Below are positions 36,763-45,180 of a DNA stretch of 64,000 nt, one piece after another (position 1 is the first letter of the stretch; every line of letters begins with the position of its first letter). This DNA comes from Bacteroidota bacterium (lineage in GTDB: Bacteria; Bacteroidota; Bacteroidia; JABEUT01): the NCBI GenBank assembly GCA_013289475.1, contig JABCZW010000007.1, positions 3,131-67,130 of the forward strand, in the 5' to 3' direction. A program made the position numbers and the translations under genes. The notes under the pieces were generated by a model. That model was given only the letters and a program-made list of their open reading frames with translations, was not told the origin of the DNA and did no database searches.

Positions 36763-38112
36763 TTAAAACTCCACATGCACCCTAATAGAGCCTATGTTCA
36801 CAGGCCCTCTGTCGGCATTATAGCCCGGGTTTTGCACATATTGGTAATCGAGCGCCAGGTATAAATGCTCAAATAAAACAGCTTGGTAATATGTTTCGAA
36901 AATCTCTTCGGCAGAGTAATTCGGTAGGCTACCATCACCAATTATGAACGCATATCCCCCTACATTTTCAAAATCGCGGTGTTGTTTTGATAAACCATTA
37001 AAAATCAGGGCTGCGCCAAACGTATCACTCTTCCTATGCCATAGTTTTCCATCAAAACTTATACCGGGAGTAAATGTTTCGTCAACTTCAGTAAATGCCC
37101 AGGCGCCCGTTTTTCCATCATTCCAGCCAGCACGCATAAAAACACCAATATATTTACCAATAGGGTGGTTCCAATTAATGCCAATGCCATATTTTTTATC
37201 TCCGTTATAGGCTGATAGTGAATCAATATGCAGGGCATTGGTATTACCTGCTTCATAATCTGCAATTGCATTTTCATAATTACCTGCTCTGTTTTGATTA
37301 AGGTAAAGCAAAACACTAAAGCCGCCATCTCTATCATTGACTTTATATTTATAACCTGTTTCTAAAGTAAGGCCAAATGATTTTGACACATTCCAATCCA
37401 TATCGGGGCCATTGGCGACAAGGGGTTCCAGGGCATCTGATAGAGTTAAATACCATTTAGGAGTAATTACCTGCGCAACAAATGCATAGGTATATCCGCG
37501 TGTATTAGCAGGATAATCCCATGCACCATTATCCATAAGCACCCAATTCATAAACTGGCTGCGCGGGTCATGAGAATATGGATTTTGGTCATATAAATCG
37601 CCCAATGATAGTTTACCTGCAGTCAGGGTTATTCGTTTATCGGGCACAAATTGGTTCACCTGGTTTACATCATCGGGTATATATGGATCATGGCTCCCAT
37701 TTAGCGCAAATGATTGCTGAAAATATGCCCTTGCAAAATATGGCGCTGGAGTCGGATTACCCACCCTGTATATCTCTCCGTTTGGGAAGCCGGCAATACC
37801 TGTGGTGCCACTAAATCCTTTGCCACCCGATATTTCAGGATTAACATAAACGGCCGCATACTTCCATAACCTTCTGCCAATAAAAAATGTTGAAGTAATG
37901 GACATATCCTGTTCAATTGTATCCTGCAAGCTGTTATGCCCTGAGTATGGCGCATGAAAATAGCCATGATATTGGTAAATAGATGTCATCTGGAAATGAA
38001 ATGTCCAGCCGCTGCCCGTATCTTTTTTAATAGAATCATTAGGTAAAGCAAAAGATGCATTTGCTATAAAGGCAAACAAAACTGCGCAGATAAGTTTTGT
38101 ACTTATTTTCAT
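36763..38112 (-). CDS. OprB-like (carbohydrate-selective type) outer-membrane porin, probable Mn-uptake channel
   Basis: 449 aa with a signal peptide. Alternating beta-strand pattern ending in ...IGSIRVHVEF (C-terminal Phe). Starts 1 nt after the mntH stop. Confidence 0.6.
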   Translation of the reverse strand: MKISTKLICAVLFAFIANASFALPNDSIKKDTGSGWTFHFQMTSIYQYHGYFHAPYSGHNSLQDTIEQDMSITSTFFIGRRLWKYAAVYVNPEISGGKGFSGTTGIAGFPNGEIYRVGNPTPAPYFARAYFQQSFALNGSHDPYIPDDVNQVNQFVPDKRITLTAGKLSLGDLYDQNPYSHDPRSQFMNWVLMDNGAWDYPANTRGYTYAFVAQVITPKWYLTLSDALEPLVANGPDMDWNVSKSFGLTLETGYKYKVNDRDGGFSVLLYLNQNRAGNYENAIADYEAGNTNALHIDSLSAYNGDKKYGIGINWNHPIGKYIGVFMRAGWNDGKTGAWAFTEVDETFTPGISFDGKLWHRKSDTFGAALIFNGLSKQHRDFENVGGYAFIIGDGSLPNYSAEEIFETYYQAVLFEHLYLALDYQYVQNPGYNADRGPVNIGSIRVHVEF

Positions 38113-38113
38113 T

Positions 38114-39460
38114 TCAACCTAAAATTGTTTTGTAGACCAGATAAACATTTAACACTAAAATTATTATTGCAATTGCCCATGCCGTAATTTTCATAGCACG
38201 GTGATTTGCAAATAAACCCATTTTAAGTTTACTATTTGTAAACATAACTAATGGGAATACAGCAAAACTTAGTTGCATTGACAGTATTACCTGGCTGAAA
38301 ACCAATAGATTAGTAGTACCCTTCGCCCCATATACAATAGTTACTATTAATGCAGGTACAATAGCAATTGAACGAGTAATTAGTCTTCTTAACCATGGTT
38401 TTAAACGGATATGCAAAAAGCCTTCCATAACGATTTGCCCTGCCAATGTACCTGTCAACGTAGAGTTTTGCCCTGAGGCCAACAAAGCGATCGCAAATAA
38501 TATTGGTGCTAATGTTGTACCCAGCAAAGGAGCTAATAGTTTATGTGCACTCATAATATCAGCCACATCTTTATGACCGCTGGTATTGAAGCTTGCAGCT
38601 GCTACAATAAGTATCGCTGCATTTATAAAAAAAGCGGCCATAAGTGCAACAGTGCTATCAATGCGGGCAAATTTTATGGCCATTTTCTTACCCATAGTTG
38701 TCCTCGGGTAATTGCGTGTTTGCACAATGCTTGAATGTAAATAGAGATTGTGTGGCATTACGGTAGCACCCAGTATTCCTATTGCTATATAAAGCATATC
38801 AGGATTAAACACAATTTCCTGCTTAGGCAATAGTCCATTCAACATAGGAAAAATATCTGGACGTGATTTTATCATTTCAAAAATGAAAGAAACCACGATC
38901 ACAAAAATGAGCGAGGCCACAACACTTTCAATAAAACGGAATCCTTTATACTGAAAAAAAAGAATAACTAAAACATCTAAAGCAGTTAAGGCAACACCCC
39001 AGGCCAAAGGCAGGCCAAACAATAAATTCAAAGCAATTGCAGAACCAATTACCTCGGCAAGGTCACAGGCAGCAATAGCAATTTCGCAAAGCACCCAAAG
39101 GGTAAAACTAATTGTGGGACTATAATGGTCACGGCAGGCCTGCGCAAGATCGCGCTCAGTTGCAACACCAAGCTTTAATGCAAGGTATTGCAATAGAATG
39201 GCGAAAATATTTGAAAAAAATATAACAGATAATAAGGTGTAACCGAATTGAGCACCACCTGCTATATCGGTAGCCCAATTACCCGGATCCATATAACCAA
39301 CTGCTACCATAAGACCCGGGCCGGAGAAAGCCAAAAGCTTTTTAAGGAAACTACCTTTATTGGGGACATTAACGGACGAAAATACTTCAGAAAGCGAATG
39401 CTCCTTGTTATCCTTACGCCAGGCTTTTTCTACTACTTTATCTTTTTCTACCGAAGACAC
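38114..39460 (-). CDS. mntH: Nramp-family divalent metal (Mn2+/Fe2+) proton symporter
   Basis: 448 aa with a GTG start. GPGLMVAVGYMDPGNWATDIAGGAQFGY and MPHNLYLHS, with about 11 TM helices. Confidence 0.92.
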   Translation of the reverse strand: MSSVEKDKVVEKAWRKDNKEHSLSEVFSSVNVPNKGSFLKKLLAFSGPGLMVAVGYMDPGNWATDIAGGAQFGYTLLSVIFFSNIFAILLQYLALKLGVATERDLAQACRDHYSPTISFTLWVLCEIAIAACDLAEVIGSAIALNLLFGLPLAWGVALTALDVLVILFFQYKGFRFIESVVASLIFVIVVSFIFEMIKSRPDIFPMLNGLLPKQEIVFNPDMLYIAIGILGATVMPHNLYLHSSIVQTRNYPRTTMGKKMAIKFARIDSTVALMAAFFINAAILIVAAASFNTSGHKDVADIMSAHKLLAPLLGTTLAPILFAIALLASGQNSTLTGTLAGQIVMEGFLHIRLKPWLRRLITRSIAIVPALIVTIVYGAKGTTNLLVFSQVILSMQLSFAVFPLVMFTNSKLKMGLFANHRAMKITAWAIAIIILVLNVYLVYKTILG

Positions 39461-39476
39461 AATATCCTATTTGTTG

Positions 39477-39484
39477 CAAATGTA
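39477..39484 (-). promoter_or_regulatory. -7 promoter element (TAcaTTTG) for mntH-porin
   Basis: Plus strand reads CAAATGTA. On the minus strand this is TACATTTG, 16 nt upstream of the GTG at 39460. Confidence 0.4.
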
Positions 39485-39514
39485 ATAATATATTTTATAT
39501 AACTAACATAAATT

Positions 39515-39530
39515 ATTAGGCATGCCTAAT
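39515..39530. promoter_or_regulatory. DtxR/MntR-type operator: perfect 16-bp palindrome ATTAGGCATGCCTAAT
   Basis: The sequence is its own reverse complement. The TTAGG...CCTAA half-sites match the DtxR/IdeR-family operator core (TTAGGTTAGCCTAA). It is centred between the divergent mntH and mntR -7 boxes. Confidence 0.7.
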
Positions 39531-39553
39531 TTTATATTTTAGAGCAAATAAAC

Positions 39554-39561
39554 TATATTTG
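39554..39561 (+). promoter_or_regulatory. -7 promoter element (TAtaTTTG) for mntR
   Basis: TATATTTG lies 18 nt upstream of the ATG at 39580. It overlaps the TTG used as the start in the ORF track, which argues against that start. Confidence 0.4.
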
Positions 39562-39579
39562 CATCGCTTATCTAAAAAC

Positions 39580-40233
39580 ATGCATACATTTTCAGAAGAG
39601 AACTACCTACGGGCCATTTACAGGCTGGGACTTGAGGGTTCAGCCAAAATAAGCCCAACTGCTATTGCAGAGATGTTGGATAACAACCCCGCATCGGTAG
39701 TGGATATGCTAAAGAAACTATCAGACAAGAAGCTTATAAGCTATGACAAGAAGAAAGGCGCTAAGCTTACCGATAAAGGCACCAAGACTGCCATTGAAGT
39801 AGTACGCAAACATAGATTATGGGAAGTATTCCTACTGGAAAAGTTAGGGTATGGATGGGAAGAGATACACGACATAGCTGAACAATTAGAGCATATACAT
39901 AATAAGGAATTGGCCGACAGGCTTGACAAATTTCTTGGGTACCCTGATTATGACCCGCATGGCGACCCGATACCCAAGGCAAATGGCAAAATAGCAACCA
40001 CCTACAAAACTATGTTATTAGAAGTTGAACCGGGCGGTTCGTGCCAGGTAGCTGCCGTAAAAGACACTTCGGTAGAATTCCTTCAATACCTTGAAAAACT
40101 TGGCGTGGGCATTGGAACGAGGCTTAAGATTATTGAAAAAATTGCCTTTGATGGCTCGCTAACCATACAGGTTGGCAAAGGAGATAAGATAAATGTTTCG
40201 AAGAAATTTGGAGAAAGTATTTTGGTGGGTTAA
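39580..40233 (+). CDS. mntR: DtxR-family metal-dependent repressor with C-terminal FeoA/SH3-like domain (MntR-like)
   Basis: MHTFSEENYLRAIYRL...ISPTAIAEML..NPASVVDMLKKL (wHTH), HRLWEVFL and metal-site region EQLEH...DPHGDPIP. Divergent from mntH. Confidence 0.85.
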   Translation: MHTFSEENYLRAIYRLGLEGSAKISPTAIAEMLDNNPASVVDMLKKLSDKKLISYDKKKGAKLTDKGTKTAIEVVRKHRLWEVFLLEKLGYGWEEIHDIAEQLEHIHNKELADRLDKFLGYPDYDPHGDPIPKANGKIATTYKTMLLEVEPGGSCQVAAVKDTSVEFLQYLEKLGVGIGTRLKIIEKIAFDGSLTIQVGKGDKINVSKKFGESILVG

Positions 40234-40959
40234 TTATTTCCACCATTCAACATTATTCTTCTCAGCTTCCTCATCCGTACAAGACCAACAATAGCTCTCC
40301 CAACCATTATTTTTATATTTATCGCCAGGTATAAACTCCCCTGTCCCAATATCTAAGTCTCCGCAATCGGGTATACGCTTATCGCCCCAATTACATTTCT
40401 TTTTTAGTTTTTTATCGTAGCTTGTCCAAGTTCCCTGAAACTGGTTATTGCTATATCCATCAGCCTCTTCTTCCAAATCATCTAAATGTACTTTATAAAA
40501 TCTATCAATATAAAATTGCGATGTTATGTCTCCCTCAAATATCCCGCTATATTTTTGTGCAGAATCTTCCTTGAAACAATAATGTGCATTAGCAGAACAT
40601 TCCCTAATAGTATCCAGGCTAAATATAAAGCTGGTGTCGGCAATAGTTTCCGACTCAGTCACATTCATTATTACAATGGTTCCTGAAAAATTGCAGATGT
40701 TGTTTTTTACCATTGATTTCCCTTTAACTAGGTACGTATTCTTCTTGTCTTTGGTAATTGAACTATAATAAATCTGGATCCTTTGATAATTATCTCCTAT
40801 AAATCCAACAATATCTTCCGGATCAGATTTAAAAACAGCACTCAAATCGTTAGCGGCAAATTTATTGGCTACCATTTTATGAAATCTAACCGAATCAATC
40901 TTTTGCCCAAATGAAGAAATTGAACTTATAAAGAGAAAAAAAACTAAAAACCTCTTCAT
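40234..40959 (-). CDS. Secreted protein of unknown function with Cys-rich C-terminus
   Basis: 241 aa. Signal peptide MKRFLVFFLFISSISSFGQ. C-terminal KKCNWGDKRIPDCGDLD...ESYCWSCTDEE. Its ATG overlaps the cytochrome gene stop (ATGA). Confidence 0.45.
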   Translation of the reverse strand: MKRFLVFFLFISSISSFGQKIDSVRFHKMVANKFAANDLSAVFKSDPEDIVGFIGDNYQRIQIYYSSITKDKKNTYLVKGKSMVKNNICNFSGTIVIMNVTESETIADTSFIFSLDTIRECSANAHYCFKEDSAQKYSGIFEGDITSQFYIDRFYKVHLDDLEEEADGYSNNQFQGTWTSYDKKLKKKCNWGDKRIPDCGDLDIGTGEFIPGDKYKNNGWESYCWSCTDEEAEKNNVEWWK

Positions 40960-42995
40960 GTATGCGCACTTAGTTGTTTTAATAAATCCTTCGCCTGCAC
41001 TTCATCAGGATACTTTTTCAAAACAGCTTTTAAGCTTTCCTGCGCTTTATTAATTTGCTTTTCAAATATATACCAGCCCGCTATATTCATCATAGCCTGT
41101 TTATCATCGGGACTTAAAGCAAGGGCTTTATCATATAATGTTTTGGCCTGTTCAGCATTCCCTTTTCGCAATTGTATATATCCTTTATTCGTAAGTGCTG
41201 AAATAAACTCAGGGTCTTGTGTCAGAATGAAATTGTATATCTTCTCCGCTTCATCAAATTTATTTTGCAACACCAAAGCAGCCCCTAATTTGTTATTGAA
41301 CTCAAGAACATATGGTGCCAATGCAACAGCCTTTCTATAGAACGCTTCCGCTCCACGTACATTATTAATTTGGTAAAAAGCTTCTCCTATTCTATAAGCA
41401 GTCCAAGCATCGGTATTGGCATAATCCTTATGCACAAGCATGCTATCGAGTACAAAATTTGGCTGCATAATGCCCACATAAGAAAGCAAATGCTGGTAAT
41501 CTTGCTTATAAAAGTAAATATCAATAAGCGGAGAAAAGTTTTTACGGACCAACGCGGGAGTATTGTCAGGGAAATAATGTTTAGCCGAATCAAGCAGCAA
41601 TGGAAAATCAGATTCGAAATGGGCGAACTGTTGTATATAAGCTATACCTCTGGCTTCAGGAGTGGGATTATCATTACTCACATCATAGAGAGTAATGAAC
41701 TCTTTTACCTTCTTTTTATCTTCATTCTTAATAGGTATGCGTATGTAATGGTCTGTAGTAATTACATGCGGAATATCAATGGTACTCCCTTTAGGCATAT
41801 GGCAACTAATACAATTATCATTTACCTTTTGTCTCACAGCCAAATCTTCGGTACACACTTGTGTTACTTTTTTGCCGTGGCAATTCTGGCAAATAGTGTT
41901 AAATGAATTATCACTGACATTCCTTACATCAACATGCGGGTTATGGCATGTAACACAGGTCATAGAACCTTCATAAGGCTTTAGAGAATTTTTGTTTCCT
42001 GCATTTAAACTATTCAAATAGCATTTGCTCATCTTCATACGTGCCAAGTGCGAAGCCATTATGTATTCATCCTCCATACCAGTGTACTTTGGCATAAATA
42101 CATCTTCTATATCTGATAATTTCATTCCCGGCCTGAAATCATAAAATGATTTGCCAGGTTTTAATACTGCATTGCCTTGCAAATGGCAGCGCTCACACAA
42201 ATCGACCTGCAGATTAACTGATAGCTTTGCCGGGTTCACAATTGTATAATCAATCTTCTTTGTCGTATCTACTCTATAACCCAATTGCATTGCCCTTACG
42301 TGCATCTCCCCTGCTCCGTGGCAACGTTCGCAAGTAATACCATTGGGTACGCTTTTGTATTTATTTGTTGAGCCTTGGGTAAATTCAGGGTAGGAATTAT
42401 GGCAGGACATGCACTCCAACCCTACTTCTCTGCTAAAACGGGAATTAAACCCATCTGAAAAACCGGGAGCCAGATCCCATTCTCCCTTTTGGGTATAGAA
42501 AGTTATAGGAGCCTGGTATAAATAGCCATTCACCCGGTAGATATGCGAATTAGTATGCTGGCCTGAACCAATAACGTAATTTATTTGCTGCTCATGCCTG
42601 TATATTGTATCACGACCTTTTAGCCGATATTCCAAAACATACAGACTATCATTCTTCCAGAAGGGGTGGTAATAGAAATCTTTGAACTTATCATATACTG
42701 CCACATGCGGGCCAAACTGTGCCGCACTCTTTTGCTTAGTTGCAATATCAAACGATTCACCCATGCCTGTATGCATAAATGATTCGCCAATATTCTGATG
42801 GCACAAAATACAGGTTGGTGCACCTACATACTTTACGGTATCATTAACATTAAGGTAGTGATGGGCACTATCTATTTTAGTAAGAAATGCTTCTTTTGAC
42901 GAAGGATTCGGGCTATGGCAATAGGTTGCAGAAAAAACAACAAAACAGAGAAAGAGTCCCGCAAATAAATATTTCGCAATCTTGCTCTTACTCAT
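40956..42995 (-). CDS. Heptaheme c-type cytochrome fused to C-terminal TPR domain
   Basis: 679 aa with an N-terminal anchor. Seven CxxCH motifs: CILCH, CMSCH, CERCH, CERCH, CVTCH, CQNCH, CISCH. C-terminal TPRs (AFYRKAVALAPY..., AEKIYNFILTQDPEF, AKTLYDKALALSPDD). Confidence 0.8.
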   Translation of the reverse strand: MSKSKIAKYLFAGLFLCFVVFSATYCHSPNPSSKEAFLTKIDSAHHYLNVNDTVKYVGAPTCILCHQNIGESFMHTGMGESFDIATKQKSAAQFGPHVAVYDKFKDFYYHPFWKNDSLYVLEYRLKGRDTIYRHEQQINYVIGSGQHTNSHIYRVNGYLYQAPITFYTQKGEWDLAPGFSDGFNSRFSREVGLECMSCHNSYPEFTQGSTNKYKSVPNGITCERCHGAGEMHVRAMQLGYRVDTTKKIDYTIVNPAKLSVNLQVDLCERCHLQGNAVLKPGKSFYDFRPGMKLSDIEDVFMPKYTGMEDEYIMASHLARMKMSKCYLNSLNAGNKNSLKPYEGSMTCVTCHNPHVDVRNVSDNSFNTICQNCHGKKVTQVCTEDLAVRQKVNDNCISCHMPKGSTIDIPHVITTDHYIRIPIKNEDKKKVKEFITLYDVSNDNPTPEARGIAYIQQFAHFESDFPLLLDSAKHYFPDNTPALVRKNFSPLIDIYFYKQDYQHLLSYVGIMQPNFVLDSMLVHKDYANTDAWTAYRIGEAFYQINNVRGAEAFYRKAVALAPYVLEFNNKLGAALVLQNKFDEAEKIYNFILTQDPEFISALTNKGYIQLRKGNAEQAKTLYDKALALSPDDKQAMMNIAGWYIFEKQINKAQESLKAVLKKYPDEVQAKDLLKQLSAHT

Positions 42996-43524
42996 TTACC
43001 TTTAAAATGGAATTTATCTTTTCCAGTATTTGCTCTGAAGTATATTTAGGGAGGGTAATAGTGCCTTTCTCTTCTACAAATAATGATCTGCATTCTTTAA
43101 GCAAGCCTTGCGTTTGAGCTAGTGCCAGCAATTCAAAAACAAGTGATGAACCAGAAAACTCAGCAGAGAATGTTTCAGCAAAGAAATCGCGTACCGGCCA
43201 GAGACAAGAATGTTCTCCATTACCAAGCGTGGGATATTTTTCGAATACTGAACTTAACTCTTCTGTTTTAATGGAGTTAATGCCAACAAAAAGCGTGGGC
43301 AATGAACGACGGCTGATAGCTTTCAAGAAATTATCCATGGGCGTACCGATATCAACCTTGCGTGTAGAAACAGAATAATATTTGCCATCTGCTATTAATG
43401 CGATATGGGGTGGAATACCATTTACACCTGCCATTACAAGCCAAAGTCCTTTATTCAATTCCTCAGGAGATAAAAGAGGATTGACCTTTAGAGAATAGCT
43501 ATTCTTGTCTTCCGTAAATACCAT
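42988..43524 (-). CDS. Hypothetical protein, possible permuted papain-fold (PPPDE/DeSI-like) thiol peptidase
   Basis: 178 aa with no signal peptide. His-then-Cys arrangement: GIPPHIALIADGKYYSVS, then about 60 aa later GNGEHSCLWPVRDFFAETF. The stop overlaps the cytochrome ATG by 8 nt. Confidence 0.35.
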   Translation of the reverse strand: MVFTEDKNSYSLKVNPLLSPEELNKGLWLVMAGVNGIPPHIALIADGKYYSVSTRKVDIGTPMDNFLKAISRRSLPTLFVGINSIKTEELSSVFEKYPTLGNGEHSCLWPVRDFFAETFSAEFSGSSLVFELLALAQTQGLLKECRSLFVEEKGTITLPKYTSEQILEKINSILKVNE

Positions 43525-43531
43525 CTGCTAA

Positions 43532-44317
43532 TTATATCTTCACCTTTCCGGTATAAACCATAGTTGCAGGCCCTTCGAGCCAAACATCTTTAAACCCATT
43601 TTTGGTTTTATTAAACCATACCTTAAGCTTACCACCCATAACTTGTAGCTCGCAATGATCTTTTGCTGTAGAATGATTCTTTGCAGCTAATACCAAAGCA
43701 GCCGCAACAGTACCCGTACCACAAGATAACGTCTCATCTTCCACCCCGCGTTCGTAGGTACGTAATAACGGAATACCCTTCTTCCTCACTTCAACAAAAT
43801 TGACATTAATGCCTTCCTTTTTAAAAGCAGCACTATTACGTATTGCCCTACCCTTCTCTACAATATTGGTATGCATTACATCATCTGAAAAAGCTACGTA
43901 ATGCGGCGAGCCTGTATTTAGTGTGCAATATGTTTTTCTATCTGTAATAGTTCTTACATCTTTCATCTTCAGTTTTACAACATCGCCCTTTATTATTGCC
44001 TCGTGCTCCCCGTCAATTGCAATAAAGCGGGCTTTATTGCCTTTTACAATTCCAAGTTTTTTTGCAAAATGAGCTATACACCTACCACCGTTACCGCACA
44101 TAGAACTCTCGTTACCATCTGAATTAAAATAGACCATTTCAAAGTCGTAGCCTTTTTTATTTTGCAATAACATCAATCCATCAGCGCCAATACCAAAGCG
44201 GCGGTCGCAAAGTTGCGCCCAAAGCTTATGCCTGTTTTCTTTAAGCTTACCATCACGATTATCAATAATCACAAAATCGTTGCCGGTGCCCTGGTATTTG
44301 TAAAATGTGGTTTTCAT
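43532..44317 (-). CDS. dapF: Diaminopimelate epimerase
   Basis: 261 aa. FYKYQGTGNDFVIIDN, NSDGNESSMCGNGGRC and LSCGTGTVAAA, giving both catalytic Cys contexts. Confidence 0.92.
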   Translation of the reverse strand: MKTTFYKYQGTGNDFVIIDNRDGKLKENRHKLWAQLCDRRFGIGADGLMLLQNKKGYDFEMVYFNSDGNESSMCGNGGRCIAHFAKKLGIVKGNKARFIAIDGEHEAIIKGDVVKLKMKDVRTITDRKTYCTLNTGSPHYVAFSDDVMHTNIVEKGRAIRNSAAFKKEGINVNFVEVRKKGIPLLRTYERGVEDETLSCGTGTVAAALVLAAKNHSTAKDHCELQVMGGKLKVWFNKTKNGFKDVWLEGPATMVYTGKVKI

Positions 44318-45048
44318 AATATTATTTTCTTCAAAACTGTTTTATCCACTACCTTTTCAAATGGCTTATAATCGTCGGTGTATACTACTTTATAAACGCT
44401 TTGGTTTGCCATAAGGTAATACGAATCATCCCACTTAACCAGTCGCATTGCCCCATTTGAGTTTATTCCGTATAAAACTATTTTACCCTTGCTCATTTTA
44501 TATCCCTTAAAGTTCAACGGCGATTGCCAAAACTCTATCCGGTAATATGCAGGATCATTCTCAGATTCTACATTACTCATTGATGCTATTGCAGAGTCTG
44601 ATCGGTGATTTGCTTTTTGCACATTGGTAAGGGAATCCATTTTTTTAAGCGGCAATGATTTTACACTTACCAATTGGTTGGTCATAACTACAATATTGCT
44701 ATCGCGCCCTTCAATAACAACCGAAGAATCTATATTGTCAATAGAATTATCATCTTCAAGCTTTGTCTTAGATTTAGCAGAATCTCCTTTTAAAGAAACC
44801 ACTTGTGCCAATGCAGGTTTAAGGGGCCCCTTAGTTACTATAGGTGTATTTTTCTTATCATCTTTTAATTTCCCCTGTATACTATCCAACCGTTGTGATA
44901 TCTTGTCTTGCTGGCTGCTTATCTTACTCAGGCTTATATGCAATTCGCTTATCTTCCTGAATATAGTTTTAATGCCCACATCAAAAATTACGCCCACTGC
45001 AACACCTGCCAGCAAACCAAAAACAAAAATGGCAATCCTGTTTTTCAT
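44314..45048 (-). CDS. Single-pass membrane protein of unknown function
   Basis: I prefer the ATG at 45048 (MKNRIAIFVFGLLAGVAVGVIF). A minus-strand TAacTTTG box (45082-45089) lies inside the longer ORF-track version. The stop overlaps the dapF ATG (ATGA). Confidence 0.45.
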   Translation of the reverse strand: MKNRIAIFVFGLLAGVAVGVIFDVGIKTIFRKISELHISLSKISSQQDKISQRLDSIQGKLKDDKKNTPIVTKGPLKPALAQVVSLKGDSAKSKTKLEDDNSIDNIDSSVVIEGRDSNIVVMTNQLVSVKSLPLKKMDSLTNVQKANHRSDSAIASMSNVESENDPAYYRIEFWQSPLNFKGYKMSKGKIVLYGINSNGAMRLVKWDDSYYLMANQSVYKVVYTDDYKPFEKVVDKTVLKKIIL

Positions 45049-45081
45049 TTTCCTTAATAACACGCAATAAATTTGCGGGTA

Positions 45082-45089
45082 CAAAGTTA
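45082..45089 (-). promoter_or_regulatory. -7 promoter element (TAacTTTG) for the dapF-cytochrome chain
   Basis: Plus strand reads CAAAGTTA. On the minus strand this is TAACTTTG, 33 nt upstream of the ATG at 45048. A plus-strand TAaaTTTG at 45068-45075 may serve the divergent htrA. Confidence 0.35.
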
Positions 45090-45180
45090 GCAAAGTCCCG
45101 CTGTTAATTATTGTTAAATATTTCAATGTTTAAAGGCATCTTGGCGATATTTGCCTCATGAACTTAAAAATGAAAGTACT

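Noticed and set aside
41370-41906. 178-aa plus-strand ORF inside the heptaheme cytochrome gene
   Set aside because: It is antisense to a gene with seven in-frame CxxCH motifs and TPRs. Its composition is that of a mirror frame.
44624-45070. 148-aa plus-strand ORF opposite the membrane-protein gene upstream of dapF
   Set aside because: Its Ser/Leu/Ile-rich product has no motifs. The minus-strand frame is the one coupled (ATGA) to dapF and preceded by a promoter box. The minus-strand gene is itself only a hypothetical, so this rejection carries moderate certainty.
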